A DNA stretch of 52,194 nucleotides from an archaeon (GTDB lineage Archaea; Undinarchaeota; Undinarchaeia; Undinarchaeales; JBDRKL01). Location: positions 1 to 52,194 of the forward strand of contig JBDRKL010000008.1 of NCBI GenBank assembly GCA_043814055.1. Reading direction: 5' to 3'. Shown piece after piece: positions 28,513-36,362 of this stretch. The notes beneath the pieces were generated by a model that worked only from the letters and a program-made list of their open reading frames with translations, was not told the origin of the DNA and did no database searches. Each line of letters opens with the position of its first letter. The stretch's first letter is position 1. The translations under genes and the position numbers were made by a program.

Positions 28513-29658
28513 TTAACCGAGCAGGCTCAAAAGGTATGGGAGCGCGGCAAAAGTGCCAATGCTTGACCCAAGATTCGCGAAAATAACAACGAGCAGCGTC
28601 CGAGTAACACGGTTTTTCCACCAGTCCCTCAGCCTGCCCATCTTGTTCAGGTCCTCAAAGTCCGCAACCTTTGGCTTCCTTACCTTTGCCTCAACATACC
28701 CCGCGACCCAGCCTGCGGCAATTGCCGGGTTCAGGGAGGTGAAGGGCGCTGCAAGGAACGCGCTTGCAATACTTACCGGATGCCCGCCAGCTGCTGCAGC
28801 TCCAATTGCTGAAAGAACCCCATTAATCAGGAACCAGTACATGAACATTTCAAGCCCTGTGCCGAGCCCCTTTGAGACTATGCCATAAATTATCATCGTT
28901 GCGAGCAAAACCGGAACGGCATAGCTTATGAGCTTTAGCTTGCTAATTTTCTTTGGAACATTTTCAAGTGCTTTAAGGTCAATGTTCCCTCCTAGTTTTT
29001 CCTTAACTCCTTTCAGGTGCCCTGCCCCAATAACCGCGAGTATCTTTTTACCCTCAAGCCCAGTCAATTTCCCTGCAAGATATTCATCCCGCTCATCAAT
29101 CAAAACCCGCTTGACGCCAGGTGCACTCTCTGCCAGCGCGCCCATTGCCTCCTCAAGCACATCCTTCTCCTTTAGTTCTTCAATAGCCTCTTCATCAATT
29201 TCCGCGCTGAACGTTTCAAAAATCAAAGTCCCCATCAATTTAAGCTTCTCAAAAAAGCCCATGGCGCTGAGCGCCCGCTTCATCGTAACCTGTATATCGC
29301 GGTCAATCAATTCCACCTTTGAGCCAATTTTCTCAGTAGATTCAATCGCTGCCAGCATCTCTGCGCCGGGCTCAACTCCCAGTTTTTCTCCAATTTTGCG
29401 CTGAAAGTTGGAAAGAATCAGATTCGCCAAAAACAAGTGCGCTCGCCCCTCTTTGATAATCGTGCTCAGCTCTGTATCCCTCCACTTATCCTTATCTCTA
29501 AGAGTTTCATACCTCCGCTCACAGAGCTCTACTGCAACAACATCAGGCTTTTCCTCATCAATAATTTTCTTAACGTCTTGCACGCTTTGTTTTGAAACGT
29601 GCGCAGTCCCGACTAGCAAATACTCTTTCTTTCCAATGTTAACTGCCTCTAGACTCAA
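28513..29658 (-). CDS. TraB/GumN-family protein with C-terminal membrane domain
   Basis: LVGTAHVS, VAVELC..R, PGAEM, IDRDIQVT, LIDERD, VIGAGH, AAPFTSLNP. Confidence 0.9.
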   Translation of the reverse strand: MSLEAVNIGKKEYLLVGTAHVSKQSVQDVKKIIDEEKPDVVAVELCERRYETLRDKDKWRDTELSTIIKEGRAHLFLANLILSNFQRKIGEKLGVEPGAEMLAAIESTEKIGSKVELIDRDIQVTMKRALSAMGFFEKLKLMGTLIFETFSAEIDEEAIEELKEKDVLEEAMGALAESAPGVKRVLIDERDEYLAGKLTGLEGKKILAVIGAGHLKGVKEKLGGNIDLKALENVPKKISKLKLISYAVPVLLATMIIYGIVSKGLGTGLEMFMYWFLINGVLSAIGAAAAGGHPVSIASAFLAAPFTSLNPAIAAGWVAGYVEAKVRKPKVADFEDLNKMGRLRDWWKNRVTRTLLVVIFANLGSSIGTFAALPYLLSLLG

Positions 29659-30286
29659 TTAAAACATCTCCCTCTTTGTTAGGCAGTATTTCCAGCGCGC
29701 CCTTATATTCCTTTACATCTCCAATTACAGTAATAGCATCCCCCGCTTTTGCCCCAGCAAGAAGGTCTTTCATCCCAAACACAGTTACATTAGAATTTTC
29801 CAAGGAGAGCACTGCGGCTTGGTCATAGTCTTTCCGCTCTGAAACAACCCCGCGAACCTTAACAATCTCTCCTAAGTGCCCATCACTCAATTCGTCCAGC
29901 GCAATTTCCACTGGTCCAAAATTTACCTGGCCTTTAACCTCAATTATAACATCCTCTGGTTTGCCTGGCAATATCTCCAGTTCTCCATTATATTCTTTTA
30001 TCTCCCCGCTCACAGTAATATTATCCCCTGCTTGCGCTCCAGCAAGAATATGATTCATACCAAAGACAACAACCTCGGAATCCTCAAGCATAAGCACAGC
30101 TGCCTTTTCATAATCCCTCCGCTCAGAAACAATTCCATTAATTGTCACAACCTGCCCAATCTGCTCATCGCTCAGCGCATCCAAGGAAACAACCTCGGGC
30201 TCAAAGCTCGCAGAAACAAACCAAAGCAGGGCAAGGCCTGCCAAAGAAGTAAACAGCGCGATTCCCAAGAGCGTAGAGTCCTCCAT
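29639..30286 (-). CDS. Membrane-anchored protein with two tandem OB folds
   Basis: N-terminal TM helix followed by two similar units of about 90 aa, each ending G.(I/V)KEY.G.LEILP. Confidence 0.78.
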   Translation of the reverse strand: MEDSTLLGIALFTSLAGLALLWFVSASFEPEVVSLDALSDEQIGQVVTINGIVSERRDYEKAAVLMLEDSEVVVFGMNHILAGAQAGDNITVSGEIKEYNGELEILPGKPEDVIIEVKGQVNFGPVEIALDELSDGHLGEIVKVRGVVSERKDYDQAAVLSLENSNVTVFGMKDLLAGAKAGDAITVIGDVKEYKGALEILPNKEGDVLIESRGS

Positions 30287-30445
30287 ACAGCAACCGCGCT
30301 ATTTTGAACTTATAAAGTTTTCACAACCAGCGCGGGTTAATAACTCAAATATTACGCAGTAAACAGCGTAAATTTGAATCCTCCCTTCGTGGCGATTCAA
30401 ATATTTCCCAAGTGCACGTGCTCCAATAAACCGATTCAGCCGCCA

Positions 30446-31455
30446 TTAGCTGATAGGATTAATTTTAATCTGCTCCCTCAACAGCCTCTGAACCTCGTTG
30501 TACAATTCGTCAACCCTCTTCTTTATCCTTCTGTTTTTGGGAGTCAGTTTTGGGAAAATATACGATTTGGGCTCTTTGCTTTTTGGAACTCTCTGTTTAA
30601 CCCTGCGCGCCCTACCTTTTCTGAAGCATATTAATCTTGAGTTAAGAGTATCCAACCGCTCCTTTACCCGTCCTTGGACATGCTCTAGGTATCTTTTCGG
30701 ATCCTTAGGCACATTATGGAGGCTCTCGGTGGCTCTTACAACTCCCTCGGGCCCCACTCCCCTCTGTTGGTATACTTCTGCATGTTTCAAGTGCCCTCCC
30801 AAATTTAGCTGGTCTATGCAAGCATCCAGCTCCCTACATTTTTTTAATATTGCCTCAGGAGTTGGTTTGGTGAGTTCGGTGCCCTTCCCATAGCTCATTT
30901 TTACTTTTGGCATTGTTATCTCTATCAATTCCTTAATTATCCCACCAAGACTCTCTATGTCCGCCTTAATGTATAGCAGAGCCCAGTCAAGATAAATATC
31001 CCTCTCCCCCTCTGCTTCTCTCTTCCTGCTCACGACATATCTTGGCGTCCTATCCTTCCACTTCTTCCTTAGTAGCTGACAACAAACCGCGCTTTTCCCA
31101 TAATGCTCTGCTGCGTTTAAGTAGTGATTTAAATACAGCTTATGTTTACTACGCCCTGCCCCCCTCTCAACAATGTCGATGTACATGTCTGCAACTTTTA
31201 AATGGATCTCACTTAAGGCCAGCCACACAATGGGGTGATCCCCCAGCTCCCGAATCCTGTGTATTATGCCCTTCCTAGAGATAATAGCGAGGGCGTCCTC
31301 GGGGGTTTTTTCTGCAATTTCCTTTATTGCCTCCCAAGTAAGCGGCGGGGGCCTATAATCTCATTAATCTGGGCAGAAAGGGCAATGCCTTGCTGAAATC
31401 TGCGGGGGTTTCGCATAGCCTTGTCCAAAGCCTGCCGCGCGTAATCTTTTACCAT
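30446..31455 (-). pseudogene. Hypothetical basic protein gene interrupted by a frameshift (or assembly error)
   Basis: ATG at 31455 reads 43 codons. The frame of ORF 30446-31228 stays open upstream to about 31360. One extra C in the C5 run (G5 at 31347-31351 on +) fuses them into 336 aa. Confidence 0.55.
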
Positions 31456-31502
31456 TTTAAACAATTACTAGTGTATACTTCAATTTATTAAAGTTGCGCC
31501 TC

Positions 31503-32378
31503 CTAAAGTGGGAGGTTTCCCAAATGCACGCGCTCCATCCCCATCTCTTCCGCAATCTCCCCTGCCCGTTTCACAACCTCAACGCTCGTCGGTTCAACAT
31601 CACTCATTTTATAATGCGGGAAAAACCTTGAGAAATGAATCGGCACATTTGTTCCAAGCTCATCTTTCACAAACTCAACAAGCTCTTTGATTTTTTCCTC
31701 AGAATCATTAAAGCCTGGAATAATCAAATTCGTAACCTCTAAATGAATCCCAAACTCCTTGCAGTTCCGCGCAGTCTGCTTAATCGGCTCCAGACCCATG
31801 CCGTGGCAAATCTTTTTGTAAAACGCATCATCCCACGCCTTCAAGTCCAAATTCATCGCGTCCAGGTAAGGCGAAATCTTCTTCAGCGGCTCAGTGTTTA
31901 TCATCCCGTTTGAAACAAAAACATTGAACATTCCCTGCTCGTGCGCGAGCTTCGCAGTGTCGTAAGCATACTCGTAAAACACAGTTGGCTCTGTGTATGT
32001 GTATGAAATAATTTTCACATTCTGCGCCTTTGCCATTGCCACAATCTCCGCCGGGCTTACTTCTTTCACTTCCATTTCCTCCGGGTCTGCCTGCGAAATC
32101 TCCCAATTCTGGCAGAAGTCGCACGCAAGATTGCAGCCGCAAGTCGCAATTGAAAGCGTCAATTCTCCTGGATGAAAATGATACAGCGGCTTCTTTTCAA
32201 TCGGGTCTACAGAAATCGAGCACGGCTTTCCGTAGGTGATTGCATAAAGCGTTCCGCCAATGTTTTTTCTTGTGCGGCAGAAGCCCTTCTTGCCCTCGGT
32301 GATTGTGCAGCCCCTCGGGCACAGCTCGCACTGGACTTTTTCAGAGCTGAGCTTTTTGTAAAACATTGCTTCGTGCAT
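31503..32378 (-). CDS. amrS: AmmeMemoRadiSam-type radical SAM enzyme (PFL-activating-like)
   Basis: N-terminal CELCPRGC...GFC..R, DPIEKKPLYHFHPG, CNLACDFCQNWEISQ (CxxxCxxC), YTYTEP, HFSRFFP. Confidence 0.88.
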   Translation of the reverse strand: MHEAMFYKKLSSEKVQCELCPRGCTITEGKKGFCRTRKNIGGTLYAITYGKPCSISVDPIEKKPLYHFHPGELTLSIATCGCNLACDFCQNWEISQADPEEMEVKEVSPAEIVAMAKAQNVKIISYTYTEPTVFYEYAYDTAKLAHEQGMFNVFVSNGMINTEPLKKISPYLDAMNLDLKAWDDAFYKKICHGMGLEPIKQTARNCKEFGIHLEVTNLIIPGFNDSEEKIKELVEFVKDELGTNVPIHFSRFFPHYKMSDVEPTSVEVVKRAGEIAEEMGMERVHLGNLPL

Positions 32379-32412
32379 AGCAAGATTTAATAAGTTTAAG
32401 TTTAAGTAAATG

Positions 32413-32557
32413 GTGCTTGGTTGACAGGTTTCACCAAAGGCAAACAAATTGCTTGGCAAGGTGACTTCGCCGCAGGCGCAAATTCGCGACAGCGAATTGC
32501 GCAACACGCTTCGCGTGTTTGTGAATGTCGCCTAGCGTGTCAACTTCGCTAGAAGTT
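32413..32557 (+). ncRNA. Structured 5' leader element of tRNA-Thr (shared with tRNA-Leu)
   Basis: Begins GTGCTTGG; GTTGACA/TGTCAAC long-range stem; hairpins at 32476-32502 and 32503-32519; ends in a 24-mer identical to the one upstream of tRNA-Leu. Confidence 0.65.
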
Positions 32558-32632
32558 GCCTCGGTGGCTCAACGGTAGAGCGTCGCTCTCGTAAAGCGAA
32601 GGTTGGGAGTTCAATTCTCCTCCGGGGCTCCA
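32558..32632 (+). tRNA. tRNA-Thr(CGT), intronless, CCA encoded
   Basis: Acceptor GCCTCGG/CCGGGGC, anticodon arm TCGCT-CTCGTAA-AGCGA, T arm GGGAG-TTCAATT-CTCCT, U73, CCA. Confidence 0.95.
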
Positions 32633-32726
32633 ATTCAAACTTTTTAGTAAAAAAGTTTGATCAAAAACACCCCGCCCACAGGGCTCCAATTCAAACTTTT
32701 TAGTAAAAAAGTTTGATCAAAAACAC
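32625..32726 (+). repeat. 46-bp direct repeat (2 copies) including the tRNA-Thr 3' end and a palindrome
   Basis: GGGCTCCAATTCAAACTTTTTAGTAAAAAAGTTTGATCAAAAACAC at 32625-32670 and 32681-32726; internal TCAAACTTTTT/AAAAAGTTTGA inverted repeat. Confidence 0.9.
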
Positions 32727-32768
32727 AACATCAATTCTCCTGCGCAGACCATTTTCACAAAAGGCACT

Positions 32769-33161
32769 TTACCTTATTTCCCTTAGAAAATCAACAACAG
32801 CTTTCTCGTTGTTCAGCTCCAGCATCCTGAACAGCGTGGTTCTGCTAGCTTCAAGATGCTGTTTTCCCTCGTCGTTTAGTGAATAAACAACACCAACCCC
32901 GTCCATTCTCTCCCTGTTTGAATACTCCTTTACGTGTTTGAAAAGCCTCGCTATGCTGTGCCCGGCAATGTCCGTGAACCCTGCAAGGTTTTTTTGGGAC
33001 GTCCCGCCCTCTGCAAGAAGGTCCAGGAACGCCACAACCCTCCATCGTATGGCTGAGCGCGGGCTGTTCAAGCCGAACTCCCTCAGCCGGGAAAGAGGCT
33101 CCAAAAGGCCTAGCAGTATTCTGTGCTGTTCGGTGGCCTTGTCTGAAATCTCATATGCCAT
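32769..33161 (-). CDS. Winged helix-turn-helix protein (MarR/PadR-like)
   Basis: LLAEGGTSQKNLA...SIARLFK HTH followed by a wing ending VYSLNDEGKQHL. Confidence 0.6.
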   Translation of the reverse strand: MAYEISDKATEQHRILLGLLEPLSRLREFGLNSPRSAIRWRVVAFLDLLAEGGTSQKNLAGFTDIAGHSIARLFKHVKEYSNRERMDGVGVVYSLNDEGKQHLEASRTTLFRMLELNNEKAVVDFLREIR

Positions 33162-33163
33162 TT

Positions 33164-33619
33164 CTAAATCACCAGCCCAATAATCCCAACACTCGCCAGC
33201 ATAACAATACTCCCTGCGATGAAAACTCCAAACGCGATTGAAGCAATCGCCTCTGCTCTTTTCATCTTAAGAACATACGCCCCAAACGACCCTGTCCAAG
33301 CACCGGTCAAAGGAAGTGGAATCGCAACAAAAAGTGCGAGCCCAACAAATCCATATTTCTTAACATAAGGTTCAGCTTTCTTGCGAGCCCGCTCCATTTG
33401 CTTTTCAATAACATTCCCAAGCCGTGGCATTTTGAAAACAACATGCTTGAATACAAGGTCAAGCAGTAAAAACAAGACCGGAATCAAAAGTATGTTCGGA
33501 ACCACGCTCGCCATAAAAACCAACCCAGGGTCCAACCCTGCCGCTATTCCGAGGGGAATCGCCCCCCTAAGTTCTATGAACGGCGTCACTGATATCAGCG
33601 CAAGCCAAAATGGGTTCAT
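33164..33619 (-). CDS. Putative small multidrug export family membrane protein (COG2426-like)
   Basis: PFIELRGAIPLGI, LALFVAIPLPLTGAWTG; start corrected to MNPFWL. Confidence 0.88.
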   Translation of the reverse strand: MNPFWLALISVTPFIELRGAIPLGIAAGLDPGLVFMASVVPNILLIPVLFLLLDLVFKHVVFKMPRLGNVIEKQMERARKKAEPYVKKYGFVGLALFVAIPLPLTGAWTGSFGAYVLKMKRAEAIASIAFGVFIAGSIVMLASVGIIGLVI

Positions 33620-33656
33620 CACAACCCCTATAAATGCAACCAGTATAAAACACTGT

Positions 33657-33983
33657 ATGGTAAGAGTAAATGGCATTGACTGTGACTTCGCGGACACCAC
33701 GTTCAAGCGATTTCGCGGCCTGATGCTCAAGCGAAATTTCAAACCGCTATTCTTTGACTTTGGCAAGGACTCAAGAAACTCGTGCTCGCTCCACACGTTC
33801 TTCATGCTTGAGCCCATTGACATCGTGTTTATCAATTCAAAAAAAGAAATAGTGGACATTCAAACAGCAAAACCCTGGCTGCCCCTGATTCGCCCAAAGA
33901 AAAAAGCCCGTTACGTGCTGGAACTCTCAGCAGGCAAAGGGAAAAAGTTCAGACTTTCGTCCAAGGCAACAATAAAATTTTAA
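33657..33983 (+). CDS. DUF192 (UPF0127) family protein
   Basis: ADTTFKRFRGLM, LHTFFMLEPIDIVFI, ARYVLEL.AG; start corrected to ATG 33657. Confidence 0.85.
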   Translation: MVRVNGIDCDFADTTFKRFRGLMLKRNFKPLFFDFGKDSRNSCSLHTFFMLEPIDIVFINSKKEIVDIQTAKPWLPLIRPKKKARYVLELSAGKGKKFRLSSKATIKF

Positions 33984-34775
33984 TTAATTAGACCAAGGAT
34001 CTTTTACAGGGGCTTTCTTGTACGGGGTTGCTTGCGGCTTGTTAACATTCGCAGCCAGTTTCCCAACATTCGCCAGCTCTTTCTGAATGTCCCTCAGGCT
34101 TGTGCCCAAGTCCTTCATGTTCCCCTTGAGCTCCTCAACATCCTTCTTAACCTTATCATCCTTTGGGGGTATAGGCTTGGACGGCATTGCCGCGCTCTTC
34201 TTCTTGGCGGCTTCAATGTCTTTCTTGAGGTTCTCTATCTCGTCTTTTATCTTCTCAGATTCCTCTGCCTTTTTTTTCTTGCCGATTAATTCCTGTATCT
34301 TCCCGGTTTCTGGCATGTCCGCAAGAACCGTCCTCACCTGATTCTTTGTGGTCTCAAGGAGCATTCTCCACTTTCTAAGCGCCTCTTCCTCGTGCTTCTT
34401 TATCTCGTTCATTGTTTCAAGAGTTTCATCCATACCCAGGAGCGAGTCAACAATCACGTTAAGATTCTTTACAATATTATCATATTCCTCAACCTTCATA
34501 AAGAGCGGAAGTTTTGCCATCTGTGCCTCATTGAGCGCAGGTTCAATCCTCTGCATTGGTATTGGTCTTGGCTGGAACTGAACCGGCGGGGCTGGCGGTG
34601 CCATCGCTGATTCTGGCGGTCTCATTGCCGGTGGTCTTGGCAATGGCGGCCTGCCAGCGGGCGGGTTTAATGCAAATGGCTTTGGCGCGTCAAGTTGTGC
34701 AGTCTCTTTCTCAAGTTCTGCCAACAATTCGTCTTCGCCAAGCGTGTCTTCTTTTTTCTTTTTTAAGAGGGACAT
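33984..34775 (-). CDS. Hypothetical coiled-coil protein with Pro-rich linker
   Basis: Pro-rich segment, PLFMKVEEY motif, long heptad-like helices; AGAGGA-like context. Confidence 0.75.
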   Translation of the reverse strand: MSLLKKKKEDTLGEDELLAELEKETAQLDAPKPFALNPPAGRPPLPRPPAMRPPESAMAPPAPPVQFQPRPIPMQRIEPALNEAQMAKLPLFMKVEEYDNIVKNLNVIVDSLLGMDETLETMNEIKKHEEEALRKWRMLLETTKNQVRTVLADMPETGKIQELIGKKKKAEESEKIKDEIENLKKDIEAAKKKSAAMPSKPIPPKDDKVKKDVEELKGNMKDLGTSLRDIQKELANVGKLAANVNKPQATPYKKAPVKDPWSN

Positions 34776-34880
34776 AATAAGTCTCCAGTGTATTATAAAA
34801 ACCTATAACCAAATGCTCTTTATAAATATTGTCCTGCCCCGAGCCATTATGTTTTTAAGTAAGTAATCCAAGTTATACCT

Positions 34881-35948
34881 ATGCGAAAAATACAGGTGTC
34901 CCGGAAACTTACTGATATTACCCACCATTTCCGGCTAAGAAACATCGCGCTTCTTTCTTTTGGCTTTCTCATCATGCTTGTAGTTGCGCAATGGGTTGGC
35001 TTTGACACGCTGATTCCAATTGTGCAGGAGATGAATCCTTTCTACTTCGCCCTTTTCCTTGCGCTGAAGGTGACCGCACTTCTTATCTGGAACGGCAAGT
35101 GGAAACTGCTCGTTGACGAGATACGAAAAGTGAAGTTTTGGGGCTTGTTCCCAATTACAATGACCTATATGCTGGTCAATAGCATCACGCCCGGCTACAA
35201 TGTCGGCGGCGAGCCTGTAAGGGCGTACTACTTGTCCAAACGAACAGGTCTCAGCATATCAAGGTGCCTAAGCACTGCAGTAATGGACACCGGGGTTGCT
35301 TTTGTCATTTTCATGATGATAACCATGCTGTCCATGTTCTATGTCCTGGTGTTCTTTGACATCCCTGTTGTTGAAGGCCTGATTCAACTCCTGTTCCTAG
35401 TCGTAATCCTTATTTCAGGCATTCTGCTAGTTTTAATCAACAGAAAGAAAACGCCAACAGTGTTTCTTAAATTCTCGCGAAGGTTTATGCACTGGATTTA
35501 CAGGCTGAAGTTCATAAAGAAGCACTACAAAACCTATGAGGATTTCAAAGCGGTTTTCCACGGCGGCCTGCTCAAGTTTGAAGACAGCTGGGACACGCTC
35601 GCAAGGAACAAGAAGCGTCTGGTCCTCGTTGCATTCCTCTCAATACTTCTCCAGATGATTGAGTACCTCAAGATTTACACACTCTTCCTGGCAGTAGGGG
35701 TGCACGTTAACTTCTGGGTAATAATCGTGGTTGTCACAGTTGCATGGGTGCTTGGCTACTTTGTGTTCCTGCCTGGTGGCATCGGCGTTGTGGAGGCTGT
35801 GATGATTGCAATTTTCATCGCGTTTGGAATAGATGCAGGAGCCGCAGGCGCAGTCACGATAGTCAATCGGTTAGTATTCTCATTCATTATATACGGCTTT
35901 GGCACAATTTCGTTTATACACGTGAATTCAAAATATCATAAAAAGTGA
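34881..35948 (+). CDS. Lysylphosphatidylglycerol-synthase TM / flippase-like (UPF0104) membrane protein
   Basis: NSITPGYNVGGEPVRAYYL, PGGIGVVEAVM, many TM helices. Confidence 0.88.
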   Translation: MRKIQVSRKLTDITHHFRLRNIALLSFGFLIMLVVAQWVGFDTLIPIVQEMNPFYFALFLALKVTALLIWNGKWKLLVDEIRKVKFWGLFPITMTYMLVNSITPGYNVGGEPVRAYYLSKRTGLSISRCLSTAVMDTGVAFVIFMMITMLSMFYVLVFFDIPVVEGLIQLLFLVVILISGILLVLINRKKTPTVFLKFSRRFMHWIYRLKFIKKHYKTYEDFKAVFHGGLLKFEDSWDTLARNKKRLVLVAFLSILLQMIEYLKIYTLFLAVGVHVNFWVIIVVVTVAWVLGYFVFLPGGIGVVEAVMIAIFIAFGIDAGAAGAVTIVNRLVFSFIIYGFGTISFIHVNSKYHKK

Positions 35949-36140
35949 TTATTTTCTCACAAAGTAAAGCATCAGGGCAATCCTAATTAAAACAAGCGCC
36001 ATCAACATCCAAAGAATATTTATCAAATTCCCTGTCTGCGCTGCGTAGAGGAAAATTATTACAAAACCAACCCAAGTTACTGCACGAATCTTATTGTGCG
36101 GAAATTTCAGGAATTCCTTGAGTTCGTCGATGAGTTCCAT
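35949..36140 (-). CDS. Small two-TM membrane protein (63 aa)
   Basis: MELIDELKEF... starts just downstream of tRNA-Leu; two hydrophobic segments. Confidence 0.6.
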   Translation of the reverse strand: MELIDELKEFLKFPHNKIRAVTWVGFVIIFLYAAQTGNLINILWMLMALVLIRIALMLYFVRK

Positions 36141-36151
36141 TTTAAGATTAA

Positions 36152-36237
36152 TGCGGGGGGCAGGATTTGAACCTGCGTATTCACTAAGAAACAAGGTCCT
36201 AAACCTTGCGCGATTGGCCAGGCTACGCGACCCCCGC
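36152..36237 (-). tRNA. tRNA-Leu(TAG), intronless, CCA not encoded
   Basis: Acceptor GCGGGGG/CCCCCGC-A, anticodon arm CAAGG-TTTAGGA-CCTTG, long variable arm, T arm GCAGG-TTCAAAT-CCTGC. Confidence 0.95.
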
Positions 36238-36332
36238 AACTTCTAGCGAAGTTGACACGCTGTCCCGCACCACTTTGGTGATGCTGCGGGACTACCGAGC
36301 GAGTCCACCTCAGTCAGTAAATTGCCAAGCAC
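36238..36332 (-). ncRNA. Structured 5' leader element of tRNA-Leu (shared with tRNA-Thr)
   Basis: Begins GTGCTTGGCAA; TTGGCA/TGTCAA stem; GTCCCGCA/TGCGGGAC hairpin; identical 24-mer abutting tRNA +1; ATAAATA about 20-26 nt upstream. Confidence 0.65.
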
Positions 36333-36362
36333 AATTAAGTATCTAACTAGGTATTTATCTTT

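Noticed and set aside
32379-32507. N-terminal extension of the radical SAM ORF
   Set aside because: It overlaps the tRNA-Thr promoter and leader on the opposite strand; the family-like sequence begins at MHEAMFY (32378)
32625-32726. CRISPR array
   Set aside because: Only two repeats with a 10-bp spacer, the repeat includes the tRNA 3' end, and no cas genes are present
33381-33859. Long overlapping starts of the COG2426 and DUF192 ORFs
   Set aside because: Same artefact; the true starts are 33619 (-) and 33657 (+)
35949-36239. 96-aa ORF as listed in the track
   Set aside because: Its 5' part reads through tRNA-Leu; only 35949-36140 is a plausible CDS
36238-36332. Hammerhead, pistol or HDV/theta ribozyme identity for the tRNA leader
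   Set aside because: CTGACTGAG occurs only in the Leu copy and there is no GAAA core. The pistol and HDV topologies could not be built by eye, and HDV-like ribozymes cleave at their own 5' end.
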